Assembly (NCBI RefSeq): GCF_009914755.1 | Contig: NC_060942.1 | Length of the DNA stretch: 64,000 bases | Reading direction: 5' to 3' (one strand) | Source of the DNA: the human T2T-CHM13v2.0 reference genome, Homo sapiens | Shown: piece after piece, positions 16,900-36,620 of the stretch | How positions within the stretch are numbered: position 1 is the stretch's first letter | Layout: each line of letters starts with the position of its first letter | The notes under the pieces: model-generated | Told to the model about the DNA's origin: nothing | The model's database searches: none | The model's input: the letters and a program-made list of their open reading frames with translations, nothing else | Translations under genes and position numbers: made by a program

Positions 16900-18088
16900 T
16901 GATTATTCCTAATAGGCAAATTAATGACTTTCAAAAATGATTTACACTATTTAAGCAGTAAAAATACTGGCCAAAATTTTCATAATTTTGCATACTTTTT
17001 TCTTTTTAATTCAATAAGTATTTAAAATTAGCTTCTGCATGTAGAAACAAAACACAATTATTCTTAAAAACAATCATCTAACAAGCAAATCTCCATTTTT
17101 AGTTAAATTGAGGCTTCTTCTTTAATAACAAAAAAAAGAGTGCACTGTGGTTGAAAAGTATACAATTCTTTAGCCATATAGTGAAACCTTAATAAATGTT
17201 CAGGTTTCTTTCCAACAAATCAACAAATAGAAGTATAAAGGCATTCAAGAAATATAGCTCATCATGTACATTGACTTCAATCACTTCATTTTTGCGAAGC
17301 AAAGTTAACCTAGCTAACTAGTCTTTTACATACCGTGAATACATAATATTAATTATTCAAAGATATTTCATCGAAATCACTGTTAACAAATTGAGGTTAA
17401 GTCAGGCTGTCCATTTTAAAAACAGTAACTGCTGTAATAAAATATTAATCTGAGTTGGAGACTCCAAGAGGACAAAGAACATTAGAATATATACAAGTGA
17501 TTTAAAAGTAACAAGCGTGCATTTGTTCCTGAGCACATCTGTACTTTGAAGCTTCTACTCAGTATTGTGTGGAACAAAAACATGCTTTCCACTTATAAAT
17601 GGAATAGGAGACCTGACACAATCCTTATACACATTTTAGCCTGGAAATGTGCTAGTTTCATGTTTTCCATTTCCTCTGACCTTTTCCCTTCCATCAGAAC
17701 TATAAATGGTGAATAGTATGCTTATTTGTATTTGTTTTACTGTTTGAGGCTTTTTGATTCTCAAGGAAACTCATTTTGTGCATAACTTTTTAAGACAAAA
17801 TTAAGGAATATGTTTTGATGGGACAGGAAGGTATAATTAAAGGAAATAAATGAGTTTAATTAAGGGATTTTAGGATTTCAAAATCAAGAAGACAAGAAAG
17901 TAGAACATAAAAATAATAAATAAATCAGTAAATAAAAATTCCCAGACACTTCTTTGAGAGTGTTTACATATTTCAGTGAAAGTAGGTAAAATATAAAAAT
18001 AGTATTTAGAAAAATATAATATATTTATGCAAGTAAATAAAGACCAGTTTATTTTTGAACATTTCAAGATAAGGAAAGCACAATATAC

Positions 18089-18161
18089 AGAATTTCAAGT
18101 TATTTAGAGACAATAACTGCAATTATTTAGAGACAATAAGAATGCAAGTTATTTAGAGACA
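18089..18161. repeat. Three-copy ~25-bp tandem repeat
   Basis: ttatttagagaca core repeated three times. Confidence 0.85.
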
Positions 18162-18164
18162 TTT

Positions 18165-18715
18165 TCAATGCACTAGCAAGACATTACGTTAATACCTGTT
18201 TGGGAAGTACATTTTCAGAAGACTATTAAAATAGTATTACTAGAATTTTGCTATAAATGACAACACTAAATAAGAAAATTAAAAGTAATTTGTGTTAATT
18301 AGCTCTATAATATCCATTCAAAGAAAATTATAATTTATGTATAGTTTCAAATAATAATGAAATAACGTTATACTATAGTGTTATATAAAAACATAAGGTT
18401 TTCTAATATATAGCATTCAACTCATTGGGGTGTGGGGAGGTGAGGGGAAGCAAATTTCAGAACAATGTGTGCTAAGTGCAAACATTTGTGTAAAAAGCTT
18501 CTGTTACATGTATAGAGTTTCTCTGGAAGAATTTATAAGTGCATATAACACATATTCAAACCTACAAACACAGAGTTGTTTCTATCGGTTGATTCCTTGG
18601 TTGGCTGGAGGAGAAAGGTAAAAGAATTTTGATTTTTACTTTGTATTCTCTTATGGTCTTTTACTTTTCTACTCAATGCACATATTACCATTTTTAAAAA
18701 ATAAATTAAATTTTA
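18165..18715 (+). mobile_element. Ancient L1ME-like 3' end
   Basis: Degenerate motifs ending ...tattaccatttttaaaaaataaa; low similarity. Confidence 0.4.
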
Positions 18716-18973
18716 ATAATGTTGCTACCAACATACTTGTGTTTATTTCACTGTCAAAATTGTGAATAAATTTTCAAAAACTTAGCTTATATTTTATAAT
18801 TATAGCAAACTACATATTATTAATAGTTTTACAGAACAAAAATTACAAAAATATATTAATTTCTATAAATTATATCCTCTAATATTAATTAGAAGAGCTA
18901 TCTGATCAAAACACATCAGGTGATTTGTGGGGAGACAAATATATTTGCAAAATACAGCATCCTCATTAAACTG

Positions 18974-19370
18974 TGTATTAGGCCATTCTTGCATGCTGTA
19001 AAGAAACATCTGAGAATGGGTAGTTTATAAGAAAGGAGGTTGTATTGACTCACAGTTCTGCAGGTTGTACAGGCAGCATACTGGCATCTGCTTCTGGGAA
19101 GGCCTCAGGAAGCTCCCAAACATGGCAGAAGGTAAAGGGAGAGCTGGCACGTCACATGGTAAAAGCAGGAGCAAGAAAGAGAGTGAGCAGAGGAGGTGCC
19201 ACACACTTTTAAAGGACTAGATCCCATGAGAACTCACTATCATGAAGTAAGTACCAAGTCATGAGAGATCTGCCTCCATGATCCAAACACCTCCCACAAG
19301 ACCTCACCCCAGCATTGGGGATTACAATTCAACATGATATTTGGGGGATATCATTCTGAAAAGTATATCA
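18974..19370 (-). mobile_element. MST (MSTA-like) LTR
   Basis: tgtattaggccattcttgc...ggcatctgcttctgggaaggcctcagg...tatatca. Confidence 0.92.
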
Positions 19371-19766
19371 TTCTGCTCTGGCCCTTTGAAAATCTCATGC
19401 CCTTTTGACATTTCAAAATGGTATCATGCCTTCCCAACAGTCCCCTAAATTCTTAACTGATTCCAGCATTGACTCAAAAGTCCCAAGTCCTGTCTGAGAC
19501 AAGGCAAGTCCCTTCCATCTATGATCCTGTAAAATAAAAATCAGGTTATTTACTTCCAAGATACAATGGAGGTATAGGAATTGGGTAAGCATTCCTGTTC
19601 AAAAAGGGAGAAATTGACCAAAAGAAAGAAGATACAGGCCCCAAGCAAGTTTGAATCCCAGCAAGGCAGTCATTAAAACTTAAAGCTCCAAAATAATCTC
19701 TTTTGATTTCGTGTCCAACATCCAAGGCATACTGGTACAAGGAGTGGACTCCCAAGGCCTTGGACA
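19371..19766 (-). mobile_element. MST internal region, truncated
   Basis: tctgagacaaggcaagtcccttcc...ttaaagctccaaaataatctc, also present in THE1-int at ~44.8-45.0 kb. Confidence 0.9.
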
Positions 19767-19844
19767 ACGTGATTTCTTAGTTATAGTTAAAAATGGATTA
19801 TGGATATTTACAAAGCTAACTCACATCTCCTTGTCTGACTCACT

Positions 19845-20033
19845 CTTTCTTCTTTCCTTCCCTCTGACCCTCCCCCTTCCTTCCTTTCTTTCTCTCTGTC
19901 TTTCTTTCTTTTCCTTTTTCTTCTCTTTCTTTCTTTCTTTCCTTTATTTATTTATTCTTTCCTTCCTTCCTTCCTTCCTTCCTTCCTTTCTTTCTTTCTT
20001 CCTTGCTTGCTTGCTTTCTCTTTCTTTTTTTTC
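19845..20033. repeat. Compound (TTTC)n/(TTCC)n polypyrimidine tract
   Basis: Direct inspection. Confidence 0.95.
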
Positions 20034-20096
20034 TTATAATGGCTGATTAATAATTAATTTTTAGAGAAATATGAGTTGATGTATGGATTTTTAAAA

Positions 20097-20270
20097 TTCA
20101 TTGATTAGTCAATAAGCAAATACTTTGCTATCAACTGTGACATGCTAAGCATATTAGGTGAATAGTACAAAATGTTGAGCAAGATGCCCTTGGTCCCTTC
20201 CTTCGAGAGATTACATTCCCATAGGAGGGTGGTAAATTCAGAAATACATCAATATAAATAAAGTATATAG
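20097..20270 (-). mobile_element. L2 3' end fragment
   Basis: ttcattgattagtcaataagc...tggtcccttccttcgagagattacattc. Confidence 0.5.
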
Positions 20271-20524
20271 GTAGGAATCTAGACAGTGTGATACATGTTC
20301 TCATAGTTTACAGAAACACAAGAAAAATATCTGTAACCTGGATGTAAGTGACAAAGAAAGGAAGACTGTCTATGCTGAAGGATTGTTGGATACCATTCTA
20401 GGCCTGCTTCATGGCTTGTTTCTGTCCACAGAAGGCCAGGGAAACTTTGTTCACCATCATGGGATATGGTTGAGGTATCAAGCACCTCTAAGAAGGACCA
20501 CATTATCCCCATATTTTAGAAGGG

Positions 20525-20567
20525 TCTTCTTTTGAAAAGACTTCTTTCTCCAGTGCATTGTCTGGGC

Positions 20568-20620
<53 letters not shown>

Positions 20621-21444
20621 AATTTATCTTTGTGCCAATCCTACAATGCCTTGATTAATGTAGTTTTACAGTCAATTTCAAATCAGGAAGTCAGGGTCTT
20701 CCAACTTCAATCTTTTTCAAGATGATTTTGGCCATTCTTGGTCCCTTACATTCCTTATGAATTTAAATATCACCTTGTCAATTTTGAAAAAGGAAACTTG
20801 GATTTTGATAGAGAATGTACTGAATCTGTAGATTATTTTGAAAATTTTACCATTTTAATAATATTAATTTTCTTACACATAACCATCAGGTGGCTTACCT
20901 TTTATTTAGTTTCTTTCAACAACAGTTTTTAGTTTTCAGTGTACATGACTTTGATTCTTTTGTTAAATTTATTCCTAAGTGATTTTAAATTTTAGATGTT
21001 ATTTTAAATGGAGTTGTTTTCTTAATTTTTGAATTTTTCATTGAAAGTGTATAGAAATACAGCTGCTTTGGGGGTAGTCATCTCATATCTGGCAGTCTTA
21101 CTGAATTCATTTCTTAGATTTAAGAGGTTTTTATGCAGATTCATTAGAATTTTCCATGTCCAAGATTATGTCATCTGCTAATAGAGATAGTTGTATTTCT
21201 TCTTTTCCAATCTGGATGACTTTTATTTCTTTTTCTTGCCAAATTGTCCGGGCCAGATCCTTCAGTACAATGTTGCACAGTCACTGTGAGAATATCCATC
21301 TGTCCTGAACTTAGAGGTAAATCATTCAGTCTTCACTATTAAGTATAATGTTGGCTTGGGGCTTTTGTAAATAAGGCTTGGGGCTTTTGTAAATAACCTT
21401 TATTTGGTTGAGCTAGTTTCCTTCTATAACCAGCTTCCTGGGTC

Positions 21445-21477
<33 letters not shown>

Positions 21478-22850
21478 TTGTTTTAAATAGTGTGTGATTT
21501 TGTCAAATGCTTTTTCTGTATCTATCATGTATTTTTTTGTCCTTTATTGTATTGAGATGGTATTTTACCCTGACTTATTTTTGAATGTTAAAACAAGCTT
21601 GTATTCCCAGGACAAATCTTTGGTCATGGAAAATAATCAGTTCTTTTCTATATATTGCTGGATGTAGTTTGCTAATATTTTGTTTAGAAATCTTGCATTT
21701 ATATTCATAAGGTATTTTAGTGTGTAGTTTATTTTCCTATGATGGCTTTGTTTGGTTTTGGTATTAAGGTAATTTTGGCCTCACAGAATAAGTTGGGAAG
21801 TGCTTGCTCTACCTTTTAATTTAATTTTATTTTTGAATAGTTTGTGAAGGATTGATATTACCATTTCATAAACATTTGGTAGAATTCACCAATGAAGCCA
21901 TCTGGGCTTGGACTACCCTTTGTGAAAATAATTTTATTACAAATACAATTTCTTTAATTGTTATTGGTTTATTTAGATTTTGTATTTATTCTTGAGTCAT
22001 TTAAATTAGATTATGTCTTTGAGGAGTCAATTTCATCTAGGTTATATAATTTGTGGACATACACCATTTTTAGGTAACTGAAAATTCGTTAGTGCTGCTA
22101 TTCCTTTTCATTCTGATTTTAGTAATTTGAGTCTTTGTTCTTTGTTTTCCTATTTCATCTATCTAAAGCTTTGTCACTATTTGTTGACCTTCTTAAAGAA
22201 TTACACATCTTTTATTTCACTGGTTTTCTCTATAACTTTTCTAATCTTTATTTTATTTATTTCTACTCTAATTTTTATTATCTCCTTCCTTCTGCTTTTT
22301 TGACTAGAATTTGCTCTTCTTTTTCTAGTTTCTGAAGATAGTCTATTATTGATTTGGATTTTTAAAAATATGGACATTGGCAGCTATACTTTTTCCTCTG
22401 AGTACTATTTTAACTTTATCCTCTAAGTTTTGGTATGTTTTGTTTCTATTTTTTTAATCTCACAATATTTTCTCATTTTTCTTTAACTTATTCCTCAATT
22501 CATTTGTTATTTAGGGAGTTTATTAATTTTCACATATTTGGGATTTTTCCAAATTTTCTTCTGTAATTGATTTCAAATTTCATCCCATTTGGGCCAAAGA
22601 ACATACATTGTATGATCTCAGTCATTTACATTTATTGTGCCTTGTTTTGTAAGCCAATGGATAGTCTAAGAATGTTCCAGGTATGGTTGTTCCATGGGTG
22701 TCTTTTAGTTCTAGTTTATTTTTAAGATTGATCCTTGTAATCTTCTGCTTTGTTGTTCCATCTACAACTGAGAGTGAGGTACTGAAACTTCCAACTATTG
22801 TCAAATTGTTTATTTCTCTATCATTTCTGTGTATTTTTGCTTTATGTTTT
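20525..22850 (-). mobile_element. Old L1M ORF2 fragment (continues at 26505-26790)
   Basis: Antisense ORF2 motifs gattatgtcatctgc, ttggtagaattcacc, aagccatctgggc; (TA)n at 20571-20620. Confidence 0.88.
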
Positions 22851-26504
<3,654 letters not shown>

Positions 26505-26505
<1 letters not shown>

Positions 26506-26790
26506 TTGTTTCTGATTTCTGTAGCTAGGCATATATACATTTATAATTGTTATAACTTCCTGATGAGTTGAATCACTCATCATTTTATAATGTCTTTGAC
26601 TTCAGTAACAAATTTTGTCTTAAAATATATGTGTCTGTATTAGTATATCTAGCTCTATTTTGGCCACTCATGGTATATCCCCTTCCTTCACTTTAATTTC
26701 AACGTATTGTGTCTTTGAATATAAAGTATCTCTTTTAGAGAGCATATAGTTAACCATACTTTTATCCATTCTGCCAATCTCTAAATTTTT
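26505..26790 (-). mobile_element. Continuation of old L1M (endonuclease region)
   Basis: taggcatatatacatttataattgttata...gtgtctttgaatataaagt...atccattctgccaatctc. Confidence 0.8.
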
Positions 26791-26934
26791 AATTTTTGTA
26801 ATATTTTTATTAAATGTAATTATGATGATATAATTAAAAATAACCAGGATAAATTCAATGGGATAAAATCAAAACTACTTGGAATGGCATATTGATCAAT
26901 TAAAATCAATATTTCATACATTCTGTTTTATTTC

Positions 26935-29610
<2,676 letters not shown>

Positions 29611-30062
29611 TAATAAATATAAAATATGGTATTCTCCTATTTCCACAATGATCAAGAACAAATTCTTCAATTTTATGTTTTTATTATGTCCTCTCTCCCG
29701 AACTTCACTCCTATCATTTTCCTTTCTTGGGAATCTTGGTGAAGGAGTTTTGCAAACAACATTAAATTTCAGAATCTGATTTTGGAAATTGTTGACAAGA
29801 TTCTGGCTAGTTTCAGACATTTGAAAGCTTTGTTCTGAGTGAAATAATTTACAAATCCTCATCTTTTACACTAGTTCATTGGTATTTAAAACCAATAGGA
29901 TTAAGTGATGCCCCTTTGTTGGTGGCCAAAGATGAAATCTGGAATTAAAGATATTTTTACCTTTCCTCCACCATTCAGGGACCAATGAAAATTATAGATA
30001 ATCTGGGATAAATCTCTCATAACCTTACTATTTGATTATACATTACAAGCTTCCCCTGCTTT

Positions 30063-30117
30063 TCTCTCTCTCTGTCTCTCTGACACACACACACAAACAC
30101 ACACACACACACACACA
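30063..30117. repeat. (CT)n(CA)n microsatellite
   Basis: Direct inspection. Confidence 0.9.
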
Positions 30118-31687
30118 TTTTTTCCTAACCAGCAATCAGTGTCTTAACACAATAAAAACTGTTCTTCTTTTCACGGTCTTTAGTTCTAATGCAGAAAGAT
30201 TTAACACTATGTATAGAGAGTCTTTCTCAAAAAAAAAGTGGCAGCATTTTTTATGATGTTGATATAGTTACCTATTTTAGAAATGTTAAGACCAGTCTTG
30301 ATATAGATTTGAAATAGTAGTTAAATAATATACTAAACATATATATCCATGAATGTATTTCATCAGGAATGTTAATAATAGAACATTTACCCTGGAACAT
30401 TGGATAGATAACTCTGCGATAAAGATCATTAGACATTCGGCTGCAATGATCTTTGCCTACCGAGAGAATTTGTTCAAATGCTTATGTGTGCATCTGTAGA
30501 AGATCCTGCAATGTTGCTAAACTGTTCAAACCCAAGGTGACCAGTACATTTCCCACTAAGTGAAAAATACTGACCTGGATGATGACTCAGATTTTCTCTC
30601 AATCTTAAGTCTCTATCATTTAAAATAAGTTTGGGTGTCTAGGGTTATGAGATCAAATTGTATTTCTTTGTCACTGGAAATCCCCACTTCAAACCTTAAG
30701 AACAAGCCATTCAAAAGCTTGCACTGAGGCAACACACTTAATAGGAAAGCATGACTTCATTTTGGCATGATTCGTCTTCAAATCAGGTCAGTGATTTAGA
30801 TTTGAATGAGTGGATTGTTCATGGGCACCGGATCAAATTAGACTTTCATTTATTTTAAGAAATTCATTAGACCAATTATGACAACCACAGAGGGATGTCT
30901 TATGACTGAGAAGTGCAAATTATAAGAACAATAATATCCATTGTTAAGTGTGAGATGAAAATTTCTGTGTAGCTTGCTCATTAACATCTGCTTCCTTTTA
31001 CAGAAATGATTTTTATGTAATGTAGATGGCAGGTATAAAACACTGAACCAAAACACAATTACCGAGTTTATAACATTCTGGTAAATGCAAATCGTTTATA
31101 AAATAAAATCAGGTCAGAAAATTTAAAGGAAACTGAAAATACCAAATTTCTTTTTTAGCATTATGTTATATATTGTGGAAATACACTAATTAGGTTTCAA
31201 ATAAATAGAAACAAGAATCAAATTATTATATAGTTGGCGTTTTTATAGCCACACACTTACATTTTAGATAAAAATACTTACTAAACACTTTATGAAAAAG
31301 TGATTGGGATTTGGAGTCTGACTCATTTATATCTGACTCCATCATTGTTTTTCTTTGGGCAGCTTCCATAGATTATGGTCATCTTATTTTAATCATTGGT
31401 GAAACAGAGGCAATTGTGCTTATTTTTTTTAACAATTGAATTAAAAATGACATGTGTGAAGTGTGAAGTATTTTGCATACTATGTATTCTCTTTAAACAT
31501 TAATTTAATATCATATAACATAATTAGGCACAATTTTAGAGAAAAATAATTGGCATTCTTTTTCATTTTTTTTTGGCAAACCTTTCGAAATACAGCCATG
31601 CAAAGGTACACTACTCACAAAACAACTTTTCATTTGTTGTGGTTCACCATTCCCTTGTAACTTAATTCTCTCCCTCCAAGAAAATAG

Positions 31688-32079
31688 ATGAACCCACGGG
31701 CAGGGTCGAGCAACTCTGGATGGGAGGAATGAACAACTCTGGACACCACCTTTATGAACTGTAACACTGTAACACTCACCTGGAAGGTCTGCAGTTTCAG
31801 TCCTGAGGCCAGCGAGACCAGGAACCCACCGGAAGGAACGAACAACTCCAGATGTGCCGCCTTTAAGAGCTGTAACACTCACCGTTAAGGCCTGCAGCTT
31901 CACTCCTGAAGTCAGCGAGACCATGAGCCCACCAGAAAGAAGAAACCCCGGACACATCTGAAAATATGAAGGAACAGACTCCAGACACACCATCTTTAAG
32001 AACTGTAACACTCACCGCGAAGGTCCGCGGCATCATTCTTGAAGTCAGCAAGACCAAGAACCCACCAATTCCGGACACA
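31688..32079 (+). mobile_element. LTR12 (ERV9) 3' part only
   Basis: Repeated ctgtaacactcacc...gaaggtc...cagcgagacca units; canonical end aacccaccaattccggacaca. Confidence 0.93.
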
Positions 32080-33267
32080 ATCACAAAATTAAACCTCCTC
32101 AAATAGAGATTGACAGTAAATGTAATCTGTATTTCTGTTCATGCCATCATTGGTAGTGAATTATTTAAATATATAAAACATTCTCAAATAACTCATAACA
32201 GGACAATTACCTATCTAATTTTTGCTCTTTATAAAATGAAATGTAATCTCCGTCTAATAATTTAAATTGTTTTTACAATCTGGTCTAACAGGAATGTTTC
32301 TTATTCTTCCATATGTTCTTAACAGACTTACTTTGTTTTTACTTTTTGTCATCTTTATAAAATCACAAATCTCTACATTATGTATTTATGCAAAACATAC
32401 ACTTCTCTTGGATTGTCAAAACGAACTCTCTCCCTTAAAAACATTGTAATATTTAGCTTTAATAGCCTGTCCCCAGAGTGAAAGAAAACCTTATTATTTC
32501 TTACTATAAAAGCAAGAATGTGTCTATGCCTAATTTCTTTAATAACTGGGGCCAGTTCTCACTGTCTTTATATGAACCAAGGTCAAGGGTTCATGAGGTT
32601 TAATAGCACCTAACATTCTCTCCTAGGGAATAAAACTGTGAAAAGGTATCCTGAGTGGAAAATCCACTTTACGATTACTTTCAAGGTAGTTTTGATAGTA
32701 TATTATCCTTTTCCCATCAATCAGGGATAATATAGATGTTTATATTGATTTTACTTACACTGAATTACTCTCAGAAATTCTACTTCATAAAAGAATGTCA
32801 TAATTCATTTTGTTTTGCTTTTGAAAGCTCACATGTACATTCCAAAGCATACCTATTATCCAAGGCAGCCACTGAAAGACTTGGGGAATCAAGTAATAAA
32901 TTGGAAATAATATTTAAATTATTTGTTAATTGAGCATTAGGTTTCTCTCAAACTTTCTCATAATGGTATATGAATTAACTCAAATTAAATATTTCAAACT
33001 TGTAGTAGTTACCAATAGTCTGAAAACCAGTCTTCTGATCGTCTTGATCAGCATAAGAAAATTGAAAGAGACCAAAAAAAACCATGTATATTATATAGAT
33101 AGATAGATAGACTTAGAGCTAGAGTGAGTCAACTAACAATTGTATTTTGCTGCATTAGCAAAATATATTGCCCGGGATGCTACTACCGCATGAGGGTAAT
33201 TAATTGTCTACTTTGTATTTTGACTAGGAAGAGTTTCTGAAATTTTTGCCTGCTATTTCCAAATATC

Positions 33268-33763
33268 TATTTTAGACAGAGTTCTCCAGAGAAACAGAAT
33301 CAATAACTATATAAAAATATATAGAAAGATAATTATTATGAGGGATTTGGTCATGTGATTTTGGAGGCTGAGAAATCCCGTCAACTGCTGTTTGCAAGCC
33401 AGAGGCCCAGGAAGGCAAGTAGTGTAGTGCCAGTCCAAACCTCAAGGTCTGAGAACCAGGGGAATCAATGGCAGAAATTCCATTTTGAGTCCAAAGTCCA
33501 GAGAACCAAATAACTGATGTCCAAAGAAAGAAAAAGATGATGTCCCAACTCAAGCAGAGACAGCCAGTTCTCCCTTCCTCTGCTTTTTTGTTCTGTTTGG
33601 GTCCTCAATGCATTGGATGAGCTCCACCCACATTGGTGAGGGCAATCTTTACTCAGTCTATCAAAATGACACCTTCACAGACGCATCCAGAAATAATGTT
33701 TTATCCGCTATTTGGTCATTCCTTAGCCCAGCCAAGCTGACCTTAGAAAAATTAACCACTACA
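33268..33763 (-). mobile_element. MLT2 (ERVL) solo LTR
   Basis: gttctccagagaaacagaa...ggaggctgagaa...cacattggtgagggcaatct...aaaattaacca. Confidence 0.9.
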
Positions 33764-34570
33764 TTTTCTATGCATGTGCACACTTCAAAGGCACTTCAAG
33801 TCCTGGAGGAATGAATTGTCTTTTCTGTAATAACATCAGATTAATTCAATAGGGAATCTCTCTTTTACTACTAATATGTTTAGTTTGAAGCCCTGGTTAA
33901 CCTCCACACAATTTTAGGAGTAGAATTAACAAATAATACAGTGAGGATGCAGAAATGGCCAGAGGGAAGTTGTTTGATGGAGTTCTAGATCCACCTTTTC
34001 CACAACCACCCCAATTATGGGCTTAGTACTTAAAGAAGATTGCAAATAGGGGAAAAACATTTTCCTCTATTCTTCCCAAAGGCTTTTGAGTATGAGAATT
34101 AGTGGATTTCAATAGCACGTTAATAGCCATACATCTCTTCCACCAACCCACACTTCCTCCACCACTTCTCATATGGGATTCCTTTCACTGACCTATACCT
34201 AGATTCTTTCTGCCTATGTGGCTCTCAGGAAGCTTCAGGATTTTTAACAGTTTATGTATCAGGACATTGTGCTGGGCTGCTCTTGGCGATCTTTCAAGTT
34301 AGACAAACTCCAAACAAAATTTTATAAATCTTATTTTTCAATGATTTCAGACTCCTCGTTTTGAAGTGGTAACTTTACAATAATAATATTTATGTTATTA
34401 TAATATATATCACACATAATACATAACATTTAAAAAAATAATTGTTGCCATTTATTGAATCTATATGTATAGGAGTAGGTGTGGTGTGTGTATAAACACA
34501 TCAGTATATATTAATATATACCAGGTACTATTAAACATAGTATAAGCATGCTTTTATTAATACTCAGAGC

Positions 34571-34890
<320 letters not shown>

Positions 34891-34939
34891 CTATTGTCCA
34901 GAGGCAGTAAGTCAATCATGAGAAATGAAAGTTTACAGC

Positions 34940-35355
34940 TGTGGTAGAGATGTACGTGGCCCAGTCCTTCTGAAGAACTTCTTTCTCCAGCTACTGGGAG
35001 TGCTGCCAGCATAAAACTCTCAGCTGTGAGCTTTCTCCAGAAATTGTCCTCAGCTGAAGAGTGCTATCTTGTTGAAGAGCACTCCCTTTCTTAGGGCTGG
35101 ACCTCATATGGTGAGTGGGATGATACCGTGATATCATGGCTCAGAAACTCTTGTTCCAAATGGAACAACTCCAAAGTGTCATTCCAGCTTCCAAGTTCCC
35201 TGTGGGGTTTGCTGAGGCTTTTGTTCTTCCCCTGGCCAATCTTGATTTTTTTTTTTTACCCACTAAGGTGTAGATCCAGAAAGTATTCCCCAATTAACTT
35301 CTGGCAAGCTGATCTGTGACTTCAGAGTCAGCTTCTTGTAAAACCCAACCTTCAA
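34940..35355 (+). mobile_element. LTR16-like solo LTR
   Basis: ctgggagtgctgccagc...cttcagagtcagcttc...aacccaacct. Confidence 0.65.
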
Positions 35356-35492
35356 CGGTGACCATCTAATCTATTGTCAAATCCGAGATTTTTTTTTTTG
35401 TAAGTGAAAGAGTGTGCTAATTGGATGGAATGCAGGTGCAATAGGCACAGACTACAATAGTCCCAGGTGAATTGAGATTTTGTGGTCACTCC
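35356..35492. mobile_element. MER94-like hAT MITE
   Basis: Terminal inverted repeats ggtgacca...tggtcact; internal agtgaaag. Confidence 0.65.
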
Positions 35493-35504
35493 AGGTTTCA
35501 GGTA

Positions 35505-35810
35505 ATAGAAACACGGGTTCAATACCACCTTACTAGTTGTGGAATGTTGGGCTGATTATTAACCTTGCTAAGTCTCACTCTTCTCATTTGTAAATGCAAG
35601 ATAATAATACCATCTCTACTGGAGAATTGGAATATTGGGAAGATAATATGTATAAAATGTTGATATATTGCCCAGGACTTACATGGGAGATGTTATCATT
35701 ATACTCAATTTATAGACGATATGAAGCTCAGAGAGATTAAGTAAGCCCAAAATTCACACATCTTATTACATGGAGCAGTCAAAATTCAAACTCAGTTTTC
35801 TAATTCTAAA
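35505..35810. mobile_element. Two MIR fragments in opposite orientation
   Basis: ttaacct...gtctcactcttctcatttgtaaa (+); gaagctcagagagattaagtaa (-). Confidence 0.65.
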
Positions 35811-35899
35811 AACCATCTTGATAATCTATCAATTTGTTACACTATTTTTCTGGTCATTTTAAGAATTTATTATTTGAAACTTAAAACACTACTCCTTAA

Positions 35900-36290
35900 C
35901 TATCTGATGTAATGAGTACTCTTTTGATTATAATTGACAAAAACACACACATTCAAACAAGCTTAATCAACAAAGAAATTTATTCACTCATGTAGTAGAA
36001 AACCTCAGGGGGTGCTCTCTGTACAAGCCTGGCTGCTCTCATGCCCTGCAATGGTAATGTAAGAATTTTGCCTCTCTCGTTCTATATTTGTTCTATTATT
36101 TTCCGTGTTGACTTTGTTTTCAGTCTGACTTTTCTACACGTTTGGAAAGATGGCTGTTAGCAGCTCCAGGCCAATATAGCATGCAATTCCAGATCTGAGA
36201 AAAGCAAAATTCTTTCTTTTCCACCATTTATACTAATCCCTTAAAAGAGTTTTTGGGTCCTACCTGGGACATGTACCTTTCTGAGGTACA
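35900..36290 (-). mobile_element. Old MLT1 (J/K/L-like) LTR
   Basis: ttcaaacaagcttaatcaacaaagaaatttattcactcatgta...aagatggctgttagcagctccagg. Confidence 0.55.
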
Positions 36291-36294
36291 CTTT

Positions 36295-36620
36295 GACCTC
36301 TCTTCTTAAACCTCCAAATTTTTCTGCCCTTTCTCTCTCAGCTAATATTCTTGTTTTTCATTTTACAGGGAAAATGAAAGCAGCCAAAAGAGAATTTCCT
36401 GATGCTCCCACCATCAAATCCATCAGCATACCTGCCTCTGAAATCACATTCTTTGCTTTCCTTCCTTTGAGAGTGGCTGGTCTGTCAGTATTTCTAGCAA
36501 AGACCACACCACATCCTATCCTCTTACCAGAGAGCATTTTCCTGAAAATGACGATTTCTGCGTTCCCCCTTATGTTTCCCCCTATACTGAATCATTCCGA
36601 TTATCATTTGTTTCAAATGA
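36295..36620 (+). mobile_element. L2 fragment
   Basis: ctctctcagcta...cattttacagggaaaatgaaagcagccaaaagagaattt. Confidence 0.55.

Noticed and set aside
18089-18161. Repeat-spacer-like triplet (CRISPR-like)
   Set aside because: Short slippage tandem repeat with no unique spacers, in a eukaryotic context with no cas genes.
26520-26790. Inverted similarity to 42290-42560
   Set aside because: Explained by two independent L1M copies covering the same endonuclease region.
31511-32011. Longest ORF (166 aa)
   Set aside because: Antisense reading of LTR12 tandem repeats; no domain recognised.
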